Source of the DNA: Phaeosaccion multiseriatum | Lineage: Eukaryota > Protista > Ochrophyta, other classes | Length of the DNA: 64,000 nucleotides | Direction: 5' to 3' | NCBI GenBank assembly: GCA_965112735.1 | Contig: OZ218950.1 | Location: 2,418,001 to 2,482,000, forward strand | Shown here: positions 25,901-37,900 of the stretch, piece by piece | How the letters are laid out: every line of letters begins with the position of its first letter | Position numbering within the stretch: position 1 is the stretch's first letter | Translations under genes and position numbers: made by a program | Notes under the pieces: generated by a model | What the model was told of the DNA's origin: nothing | The model's input: the letters and a program-made list of their open reading frames with translations, nothing else | The model's database searches: none

Positions 25901-28900
25901 GAGCAGCCACGACGCCCACTTCAATGTACGTTACCCCCGGAATGATCACCACATTGTTGACGGCATGGTCCTTGAGAAGGTCCTTGAGGTGAGGGGAGAA
26001 GGGGCAACAGAGCCGCATTCCGTCTCCCTCTTGGACCACCTCGCCACTGGGCATGAACGCCAGTGGAGGCCTGAACCAACGAAATGCTTGGCGTGTGGGG
26101 TACAATGCGCCACGCTCTGACCCGCCGTCCTTCTGAAGAGCATCATTGAAGCCGACGCCCTCTCCGTCGGTGTGCGCGGCCGTACTCCCAGCTCTGGGAC
26201 CGGATAGCACGGCGTGAGCATTGGTTCCGCCGGCACCGAAAGAGCTCACGGCAGCAACGAGCACTCCTGTCCGCCCGCCTTGACCCACGGGCTCCATGGT
26301 CACAGGCAGCGTCACAGGGACGCCGGCGAGCTCCAGCTCGGGGTTGATGTCCTTCAAATGCAGGTTCGGCGGGGCGACGCGGTGCTGCAGCACCAATACG
26401 GTCTTGATGAGGCCTGCAATACCTGCGGCACCCTCCAGATGGCCGATGTTGGCCTTCAGCGCACCTACCACCAAGGCATTTACCTCGCTGCGGTCCGGTC
26501 GGCAGTACACGGCCTTGAGGGCGCTCATCTCGATGGGGTCTCCCAGCGCCGTTCCCGTGCCGTGCGCCTCCACGAAGCTCACATCTGCGGGGTCGCTTCC
26601 CGCCTCTGCCAGAGCGGCAGACAGAAGCTGCTGCTGAGCAAGAGGACTGGGTGCCGTCAGACGAGCGCTGGCCCCATTGTGGTTGACCGCACAGCCCTCG
26701 ATTACCGCTAGCACAGCGTCCCCGCTGGCCATAGCATCATCAAAGCGCTTCAGCACAATGGCACCACATCCTTCGCCTCTGACATAACCATTTGCAGATG
26801 CGTCAAACGTCTTGCAGCGCCTGTCGCAAGGTAGAGAAATATAGGTGGGGTGTGAGTGGGGTGCAACGGAAGGTCTTGTTTGACTGTAGAGAAGACGCCT
26901 AAGAATGAGCTGCAAGAGCAGCAATAGGATAAATGAATCAGACTTCACAGACCAGAGTGTCCAGAGCAACTTACCAGTCGGGGGAGAGGAAGGTCCCCGC
27001 AATCAAGGACTGAAAGGTGCTCTTCCCGAGCAGCAGGTTCACGCCACCGACCACCGCCGAGTCGCACTTGCCCAGGCGGAGGTTGCTGCAGGCAGCGTCC
27101 AGAGCCACCAGGGACGACGAGCATGCTGTCTGCAGCAACGCGCTGGGGCCGCAGAGACCCAGAGTGTAGGATACGCGATTGGCAATGTTCGAAGCCGTCA
27201 GGCCCATTCCGCCATAGGCACTCTGAGCAGCGGTATCTCCTGCCACGAAGCCCCAGTCCGTGTCCGACAAGCCCACGAACACGCCGGTGTTGCTGCCCCG
27301 CAGGCTGCTCTTGCTGTGGCCCGCGAGATGGAGGGCCTCGAAGGCCACCTCCAGCATGAGGCGCTGATTGGGGTCCATTGCCTCTGCCTCGGCAGCACTG
27401 ATGCCAAAGAAGGCATTGTCGAACATCTCCACGCCCTCGATGAACCCTCCCTGTAGCTGCAGCTCGCCCGTCTTACTCTCCCACCTGTCGTGTGGCGCTG
27501 CCGTAATGCAGTCTCTGCCCTCGCACATCATCGACCAGAACTGCTCCGGGCTATTGGCTCCACCGGGGAGGCGACACGCCATACTCACTACAGCGATGGG
27601 GGCTCGAGAGTCCGAGGACAAGTGCTGTCCTGTCAGCACCTTTTTAGCCCCCTCTACATCATCCAGTACCTCGAGAATCTGGGCCTCGAGCCACGCGCCC
27701 ATTGCAGACACCGATGGATGCGAGAAGAAGGCGCCATTCGACACGGGGACACCACACCAGGCCTCGATTCGCTTGCGAAACTCCACGGAAGCCATCGAAT
27801 CGAGTCCGGCCTCCATCAAGGGCATCGTTGCTGCCAAGGTGAAGTCCTCGCCAACGCACTCGACCACCATTTCCGTCAGGACTTGCTCGATCCTCTCCCG
27901 CCGTGCTGACTCCGGCAAGAGCAGGAGCTCCTCCCGCACCTCGGCATTGACGCTGTAGCCCTTCGCCGCCTCACCACTGTCTTCGCGGTCCGTCAAGTGC
28001 CCGAGGAAATCGCTGTGCACAGGGGCCAAGCTCGCTCGAAATCTGCCCCACCTCATGGCCGGCATGACGGCCACCTCCTGCACGTTGGCTTGCGCTTGAC
28101 ATGCAAGGACGGCATCCAGTGCCTTCATACCCAGCGCCAGTGAGATCAGGCCCACTCCAGCCATCTCGAAAAGTCTCTGTAGCGTCGTAGACCTCGCTGC
28201 CATGCCCGCCTCACCAAAGGGCCCCCACTGAATGCTGGTGCCCGCCAGCTTGAGCTGCTGGCGGCGATAACGCATCAGACCATCGAGCGCGGAGTTGGCT
28301 GCGGCATAATTCGTCTGCCCGATGTTGCCAAGTGTCCCAGCCGTAGAGGAATACGATATGAAGAAATCCAAGTTCTCTCCCCTCTCGGCCCACTCAAGCG
28401 ACAGCTCATGTAGATTCCAAGCCCCCTGAATCTTTGGTGCGAACACTTTCCGCACGCTCTGATCGGTCTGCCCAGCCAACTGGCCGTCATTTAGAACCCC
28501 CGCTGCGTGAATCACACCCCGAACGTGAGGCAGACCCACCAAGGCCGTTGCTACAGCATCTCGAAGCTGGCCCATGTTGGACACATCGCAGGCCACAGCC
28601 ACAGCGGTGACATTTTCTATGCTCTGCAGGGCCTGCCACAGCTCTGAAGCTTCCTCTGCCGCCCGGCCGCTTCGAGAAAGGAGGAGCAGGTGTCGAGCGC
28701 CCTGGGAGACCAAGTGATTCGCCGTCGCCAGACCCAGCCCCCCCAGACCACCGCTGATCAGGTACGTCCCATCCTCCCTGTACGCGAAGCGACCGACTCC
28801 TGCCGATGTCAGATGGAGTGTGCTGGGCACCAGCCTCGGAGCGAGGATCTCACACCCTCGAACCAGCAGGTCCACGCCTCGCGCTCCGTCGTGAGCTTCT

Positions 28901-31900
28901 GCAGCCAGCGTCACAGCCTGGGAGACAGTCTGGGCTTCCATCTCCTCTGCTCTAGTTCGAGCATCCTCAGACTGTGGAGACATGGCACACTCAAGGTCCA
29001 CGTGGTTCACGGAGAGGTCGCCCGGCTCCAGGCGTATGCTTCTCACCAGCCCCACCACCCAGCTGTCCTGCCAACCAGCACCGCTGTACACTCCCGTTGT
29101 GACCACAGTGACGGGCATCATTGCCTCGTCCCCGCCTAAGCTCTGTACAGTTTGTACAAAGTGGATTGCCCCATCGGTAGGAGAGCCCGTTGCTGACGTC
29201 AAGTAGAAGAGATGGGCCCCACGGGGCTGCGCGTCTGAACCGACCGCCTCCACCACGTGCACATCCACACCATTTGCTGTCGCCGCGCTTTGGACAGCTT
29301 CCAAGGCTCTGTGGCTGCTCGATGCGTGCTGCCCTTCGGCTGCCTCGGGAATCACGACGAACCACGGAAGGCTGCCGGTCAGCAAAGCCTGCTGCGAAGC
29401 CGTGGGCACCTCCACCGCCTCCCACTCAACAACATAAAGCGGGCCCTGCTCCGCTTCACTCCACGTCTGAGGTGGTGCTGTGACTCGCGCTGTGTACCAA
29501 GGAAAGGCCTTGCGCGTTGGGAAGAGGATGCTCTCCTTGCCCTTCCTCTCTTGCCGGTGCACTGTGCTCACAGCCGCTCCAAACGACTCTTCAGAGCTCT
29601 TCCCGCGCATTAGAGAGGGTATCCACACCAGCCCCTCGCGACGCTCGCACTTGGCTCCCATGCTGCTCAGCACAGGGTTGGGGCCCACCTCAACGATGCT
29701 CAGGTCAGCCCCCCTCCCGTCTCCCATCCAGTGCTTCACCAGCGTGTGGATGCCTTCTGCGAACAGCACTGGAGACAGCATGTGTTGCACCCAATACGCT
29801 ACCTGCGTCACTTCCTCAGCCTTCACCACCTCGCCTGTCACGTTGGACACCAGAGGGATGCGTGGGGCGCTGAGTGAAACCTGCTTCAGAACCTCCTCCA
29901 GCGCACGTACAGCGGGCTCCATCAGAGGAGAGTGGAAGGCGTGCGACACCTCCAGGGCCTTGCAGCCCACCCCATCTGCCGTGAGCCTCTCCACCACCTT
30001 GTCCACAGCACTGCGCGCTCCAGAGATCACGCTCGCGCTAGGTCCATTCGACGACGCCAGAACCACTCCGCCTGCCACCCCCGCAGCGTCAATGCTTGCC
30101 AAGGTCACAGCCTTGCCTGCCCTCACTGCGAACATCACTCCATCCCCCTTGGGGCAGGCCTGCATGGCGGCTCCTCTCTTGGCGGATAGCATCAGCCCGT
30201 CCTCCAGCGACATGACGCCGGCCACGCACGCCGCGACCACCTGGCCCAGACTGTGCCCCATCACCATCACCGGCTCCACGCCCTCCGACTTCCACAGCTC
30301 ACACAGGGCGTACTCCAGCACAAACAGGCATGGCTGGCAGTAGCGTGTCTCCTTCAGCAGCGCTTGTGCAGTCTCCTCCTCCTCCTGCTCCTCCCCGTCC
30401 TCAGCGACCGCTGGGTACAAGAGCTCCACCACAGACTTGTCCAGCCAGTCCCGCTCCATGAGCAGCCTGCTGCACCGCTGCACGCACTCGCGGAACACGC
30501 CCTCCTTCTTGTAGAGCTCCCTGCCCATGCCCACGTACTGCGAACCCTGCCCGGTGAACAAGAACGCCACTGGCGTTTGTGCTTGATGAACATGAACAGA
30601 TGGTGCCAAACCGCCTTTCCGTTTCTTCCCGCAGCTCCTCAGCAGCACGTGTGCGTTCGCTCCTCCCGCCCCGAACGAGCTCACCCCCACCATCACGTCT
30701 CCCTCGTCCTCCAGCTGCACCATTGCCGACGGGAGCTGCACGTGGAAGCCGTCCATGTCCAGCTCCGGGTTGATGCTCTCGAGGTGGAGGTTGGCGGGCA
30801 CAGCGCGGTGCTGCAGCATCAAGACGCCCTTGATGATCCCGGCAATGCCCGCCGCACCCTCCAGATGGCCAATATTGGTCTTGACCGCACCCACTACCAG
30901 CGGGAAAGAGTCGTCACGGTTCTTCCCGTACGTGGCCCTGAGAGCGCTCATCTCGATGGGGTCGCCGAGCGAGGTGCCCGTGCCGTGTGCCTCCACGATG
31001 CGTACCTCGGAGCCCTCTCGACCGGCCTCACGCAGCGTCGCCTCGATGAGTCTCTGCTGGGCGGCGGGGCTGGGGGCAGTGAGGCGGGCACTGGTTCCGT
31101 TGTGGTTCACGGCACAGCCCTCAATCACAGCGAGGACGGTGTCTCCGGCAGCGAGGGCGTCGTCCAAAAGTTTCAGCACAACGGCACCGCATCCTTCGCC
31201 ACGCACATATCCGTTTGCCGACGCGTCGAACGTCTTGCAGCGTCTGAGAAGGGCATGCGAAGTGTGGGGTGGGGTAAGGTAAGCTGACTTGGTAGGGCAC
31301 TCAAGTCGTTCTCAATGTGCGACTTTCCAGAGAGCCGATGGCCAAAGGGAGAAGAGAGGTCAACACAACAGGAATGGACGCACTGCACACTCACGCGCAC
31401 GTACCCGTCGGGCGATAAGAAACCACTTCCCTTCAGCCTTTCGAAGCTCTGCGTGCCCAGCAACAGATTCACTCCGCCCACCACTGCTGCGTCGCACTTG
31501 CCCATGCGTAAGCTGCTGCAAGCGCTGTCCAGGGCCACCAGAGAGGACGAGCACGCCGTGTCAGTGGTCATGGACGGGCCCTGCAGTCCGAGCGTGTACG
31601 ACAGACGATTGGACACGCTTGCCCCTGCTGCGCCCATGGTGCTATACACGCCTGTCGAGGATGAGCCTTCCCCGAGTGCTCCCCAGTCACTGCCGCTCAT
31701 GCCCACGAACACTCCGGTCTGACTGCCACCCAGGCTTTGCTTGGTATAGCCCGCAGTCACAAGCGCCTCCAGTCCTACCTCCAGCATCACCCGCTGGTGT
31801 GGGTCCATGGCAGAAGCCTCAGGACTGGATATGCCGAACACAGATGAATCGAACATTTCCACGCCGTCGATGAAGCTTCCTTGCCACTGCTGCTCATCCT

Positions 31901-34900
31901 CCTCCTTGCTCGCCCAGCGGTCGAGCGGAGCAGGCTGGACACAGTCCTTGCCATTGCTAAGCATGGCCCAAAACTCCTCTGGGCTGTTCGAACCACCTGG
32001 CAAGCGGCACGCCATGCCCACAATAGCCAGGGGGGCAGTCATGCTACCTCCAGCCGGTTCAGCATTCCTCTCCTCATATTCACCCTCCTCAGCCCCCAAG
32101 ACCAAGCCCTCGAGCCACACAGTCAGCGCTGCCACTGAGGGGTGACTGAAGAGCACATCGTTGGGGACCGGCACGCCGAAGCGAGCTTGGAGTCGACTCC
32201 GAAGCTCCACCGTAGACATGGAGTCCAGCCCAGCCTCCATCAAAGGTCTCAAAGCGTCGAGCTCGATGCCTGCTTCACCAATGCATGCTTTTACCATCTC
32301 CATGATTAAAGCCTGCAGCATGGGCTTTCGCTCTCCCTCCGACAGCTTCAGTAGGTCCCGCTTAACCTCGGTCGTCACACTGTTGCTAGCCTTGTTCTGC
32401 GGTCCCACCATCGAAGCCTCTCTAACGAGAGCATCGAGCATCCCGGGGTTGCCAGCAGCCTCAGAGAAGGCGGGCCAGTCCATGCCAGGCAGAACCAAGA
32501 GCTCGCGCGATGCCGCAGATGGAGCTGACACGCCGGCATCAAGCGCCGCCATACCCAATGCCTTACTGATGAGCCCAACGCCGGCCATCTCCAGACTGGC
32601 CATGGCAACTTCGGACCGAGCGGCCATGCCAGCTTCGCCCCACGGCCCCCATTGGAGGGCCACAGAGCTGGAGTGACCGAGGCGCCGACGATGCTGCATC
32701 AGCCCGTCCACAGCAGCGTTGGCTGCAGCATAGTTGGCCTGGCCTGCATTGCCTAACACACCTGCCATGGATGTGTAGGACACAAAGAAGTCCAAGGGCC
32801 AGGCCATCTGCAGCGACAGCTCGTGCAGATTCCAAGCGCCCTCCACCTTCGGCTTGAAGACCTCTTCGATACTCTCGGGCGTCTGGTCCACCAGCAAGCG
32901 ATCGTCGAGCACGCCAGCAGCGTGGATGACACCTCGTACGGGCGGCATGCTACTGAGCGCCGTGCCTAGAGCCTTCTCAAGCGACTGCGCGCTAGACACG
33001 TCGCACGATACAGCCTTGGTGCTCACCCCGCCGGCCACGGTGAGAAGCTCCTCCCACAGCGCCTGGGAGTCCGCCTTGACTTTTCCCCCTCGCGAGAGCA
33101 GTACAAGATGGCGAGCTCCTTTATCAGCCAAATGCTTCGCAGTCGCCAGCCCCAGCGCCCCCAGCCCACCGCTGATAACGTAAGTCCCGTCTCGCACGAC
33201 GGGAATGCCACACTCAGGGCTACTGAGCACAACCTTCCCAATGTGCTTCGCAGTTCTGAGGAAGTTCATTGCCTCCGCAAGCTCATCCCTCAAGTCGAAT
33301 GTCTTCACTGGTAGCGCCTCGGCCCTGCCCGCCTCGCTGTCCGCTGTCAGCTGCTCCAGCCCAGCGAACGCCCAGCCCTGCTTCTCGGCCTTGAAGTCGT
33401 CTGCTATCATGGAGTCCAGTGCAATCAGCTCGTACAGCACGTCGGGCCTGGCAGCCTTCATCGCCTCCCTGGTCCACACGCCTCGCTTGCCGATCTCCAT
33501 GAAGCGCCCGTTCTTCGTCAGCAGCTCCAGAGAGTAAGGGATGAAGTTGTCCGACAGGCAATTGAGCACCACATCCACCTTCGCAGCTCCCATGGAAGCA
33601 TTGAAGGCCTCCGGATCTCGCGACGACGCAATGTGCTTCACGCCCATGCCTCGCAAGTAGGCGTGCTTCTCCTCGGATCCAGCAGTGGCGTAGATCTCCG
33701 CTCCGATGCGCTGAGCAATCTGCACGGCCACCAGACCCACTCCACCTGACGCGGCATGGATGAGCACCTTCTCACCACGCTTCAAGCCAGCGAGTTGCTC
33801 AAAGGCGTGCACCACTGTGAGCCACGCGATAGGCAGCGCTGCCATGTCCTCGAAGGTCCTGTTGGAAGGCATGTGGGCCAGACACACGTCACTTGTCGTT
33901 ACGTGGGAGCAGAAGCAGCCCTTGTCCGGAAACCCGTAGACCTTGTCTCCCACTTGAAAGCGCGAGTTTCGCGATGCTCGAGTGACCACCCCCGATAGCT
34001 CGATGCCAGGCTGTCCAGGGTCGCCAGGGTACAGGTCGAGCACATTCAGCACGTCTCTGAAGTTGAGCCCCACCGCCTTGACACAAATTTCAATCTCCCC
34101 GTCCTGCAAGGCAGCGTCTCTCTCGGAAGGGAGTACGTCCCTGCGCTTCAAGCCGCCTTCGATGCTTCCCCTCACCATGAGATCGAAGGAGAATGGGAGG
34201 TGCGTGTCTGTTGAGGGCGTCAGGTGAGGCGTGAGATATCGTCCGTCTCGCACCCACACGTCCTGCCCCAGTGACGCGATGGCCCAGCACTTGGGAAGGT
34301 CCACGCTGCCCACGTCCACCACCGTGATGGCCAGTGAAGGGTGCTCAGCACGAGCGGTTCGAACCATGCCGTACACCCAGTGATGCCTCCACCCCTCGCC
34401 GCCGCTCAGCATGTCCTGCACCAGCACCATCAAAGGAGCTGGCCTTCGTAAAAGCTGCTGTAGCAACAAGAGGAGTGTGTGTGCCTCTTGGCTGGGGCTC
34501 TGCTGCTTGCCGCCGAACAAGGTGCACACCACACAGCCCCATCCTGCTGGCGCTTCTGAAGCGAGGGTGGAGTCGTCGATGCTCTTGACCTCCCTCTCCG
34601 TCAGTGTCACAGAGATGGGCAAGCTCTCTTTCGCTGCCTTGTCCAAGCTGCCACGAGCGCCGCTGGTGAGGAGCAGCCAAGCTTCCTCTCGCTCTTCCAC
34701 GTCACCTCTGCTGCGGGAGATGGAATCGTTGGGCAGCCACTCTAGAGAATACAGCGCTCGGCTGACGGGGTTGGTGCGGGAGAAGCCTCGGGCCAGCTGC
34801 ATCCGGAAGCGGTTAAGCCGCACGAGCACTTGCTTCGTTTCGAAGTGTGCTATCACGATGTCGTACTCGATCGCAAGAGCTTGAGAGTCCACCTCCTTCA

Positions 34901-37900
34901 CCACCGCATGAACCCACACCTTCTCGCTCGTGATGGCCCCTCGCACAAGCACCTCTTCGCAGCCGGTGGGTAAGAAGACGGCGGCAAAGGCCTTGCTCGT
35001 CAGCTCCTCAGGCAAGAGCGCCAACATCGTGTGCGCGGCATTATCCAACACGGCAGGGTGGAGGTAGAAGCCGTTGATCTCCCACTCCGCCGATAGGCTG
35101 CCATCCATTGCCGCCGCAACCGACAAGGCCTGTCCACTGGCTGCGAAAAGGTGCTGCGTTCGGACAAAGCTGGCACCGTAGTCATAACCAGCACTGGCAA
35201 GCTTGAGGTAGAGCCCCTCGGCGATGTCCTCGTCCCCCACCGCGGCTCTCACCCGCGCCACGTCCAATGTCTCTGCCTCCGTCCTTGTGCACAATTGAAG
35301 GGAAGTCGCCTTCGCCACCGTCTCTCCAGCCTTGCCGTGGGGACCTCCGATAAACTGCACGCTGCCGCGGGCAGTGACGAGGGCACTGACTTCAGAAGCG
35401 ACCACAGTGGTGGAGCCCTCCACCGCACGGTCCACATCGGGGGCACGAGCGCCTGCAATTTCCAGTGGAGACATGAAGACCAGGCCCTTCAGGACCACTT
35501 GCCTCTCGCCAGGGAAAGGCTTGCCCTTCAGCAAGGCGGCAAGGCCAATCTCGATGTACCCCATGCCCGGCATGAGCACCACTCCTCCCACCGCGTGATC
35601 TTGCAGCAAGCCCTTGAGCTGAGGGGTGAAGCAGCATGAGAGGAGTGTTCCTCCCTTCTTCTCGACGACGCCGCCGCTTGGTACCATCGCATGCGCCTGC
35701 TGCTCGAACCAAGGGAGGGCACGACGGGTGGGGAACAAAGGAGTGGGCTTCCCCAGCACTGCCGCCACTGCTCTGCCGAACGAGGCAGTGTCGCTCCCCT
35801 CCCGCCGCATGGAGGGCTGCCACATCACGTCCGATCTCTCTCCCTCGCATTGCTGCGCCATGTTGATCAGCACAGAGCTGGGCCCAATCTCTACCACTCG
35901 TACACCTTCAGGCCTCTCCCGGAGTAGCGTGGTGATACTCTCCGCGAACAGCACCGGCGATAGCATGTGTTGCACCCAGTACGCTACCTGCGTCACCTCC
36001 TCCGCCTTGACCACCTCACCCGTCACGTTGGACACCAGGGGAATGCGTGGGGCGCTGAGTGACACCTCACTTAGAGCCTCCTCCAGAGAACGCACAGCGG
36101 GCTGCATTAGAGGAGAGTGGAAGGCGTGCGACACCTCCAGGGCCTTGCAGCCCACCCCATCTGCCGTGAGCTTCTCCACCACCTTGTCCACAGCGCTGCT
36201 CGCTCCAGAGATCACGCTCGCGCTCGGTCCATTCGACGACGCCAGCACCACCTCCCCTGCCCCCCCCGCAGCGTCGATGCTTGCCAAAGTCGCCTCCTTG
36301 CCTGCCCTCACTGCGAACATCACTCCCTCGCCCTCGGGGCAGGCCTGCATGGCGGCTCCTCTCGTGGCGGACAGCATCAGTCCGTCCTCCAGCGACATGA
36401 CGCCGGCCACGCACGCCGCCACTACCTCGCCCAGGCTGTGGCCCATCACCATGGACGGCTCCACGCCCTCCGACTTCCACAGCTCACAGAGGGCGTACTC
36501 CAGCACAAACAGGCATGGCTGGCAGTAGCGTGTCTCCTTCAGCAGCGCTTGTACACTTTCCCTTTCCTCGGCAGCAGGATATATGAGCTCCACCACAGAC
36601 TTGTCTAGCCAGGCCTGGTCCTGCAGGAGGCCATCGCACCGACGAACAGCTTCACGAAAGACCTCACGCTGTTGAGGCAGCGAACGAGAGACACGCAAAG
36701 CAGAGACAAGAGAGAAAAGCATATGAGAGTAGGTGGCCGAGGTGATGCGAAGCGACGGAGAAGACAAGAGGAGCACTGACAGATACAGAGGTTCAAATGA
36801 GCAAGCGAACTCACCTTATCGTAGAGCTCCTTGCCCATGCCGGGGTACTGGGAGCCTTGCCCCGTGAAGAGAAAGGCGACGGGAGATGCGGCCACCTCCG
36901 TCTTCCTCCTCGTCGGTGTCTTCGAACCCTCCCCCTCCACACTCGGCGCAGGGTTGCTCAGCACCACATGGGCGTTGGTGCCTCCTGCTCCGAACGAGCT
37001 TACTCCTGCGTACAAGGGCTCGCTGCTGCCATTGGGGTGTCCCTCGCCACTCAAGGGGGTTAGTCTGGACGACGGGAAGGCCACCGCAAATCCATCAATG
37101 CCCAGCTGAGGATTGAGCGTGCCGAGGTGCAGATTGGCCGGAACAGCTCTGTGCTGAAGAGCGATGACGGTCTTGATGACTCCCGCGATGCCTGCGGCGC
37201 CCTCCAAGTGACCAATGTTAGTCTTGACCGCTCCCACCAGGAGTGGGAAAGAGCTCTCCCGCCCTTCTCCGTAGGCGGCTTTGAGAGCGCTCATCTCGAT
37301 GGGGTCGCCAAGAGCCGTGCCGGTGCCGTGCGCCTCCACGAAGTGAACTTCCCTGCCCGCTACACCCGCCTCCTCCAAGGCTGCCTGCATCAGCGTCTGC
37401 TGCGCGTCTGGACTGGGTGCTGTGAGCCGCATAGAGCGCCCATTGTGGTTCACGGAGCTTCCCTGCACGACGGCGAGGATGTTGTCTCCGCTGCGCTCCG
37501 CGTCGTCAAGCCGCTTCAGCACAACGGCGCCGCAACCCTCTCCTCGGACGTAGCCGTTGGCCGATGCGTCGAACGTCTTGCAACGCCTGAGAAAGGCATG
37601 GGAATGGCGGGGTTGGAAGCGGGGGAGAGGGATTGAGCTTCATGGTCTGCCCATCAACACACTACAACTCTACTACTTCTGCACGAACTCGATGCTCTCC
37701 AAGGCAAGCTCCCCCATTCGGCCGTACGTACCAGTCCTTGGACAAAAAACCTCCCTTGTCGAGCTGTTCGAAGGAACGGGAGCCGAGCAGCAGGTTCACT
37801 CCTCCCACAACCGCAGCATCGCACGTGCCGAAGCGAAGATAGCGACAAGCCGTGTCCAAGGCAACGAGGGAGGAAGAGCAAAGCGTATCAACCGATATGC

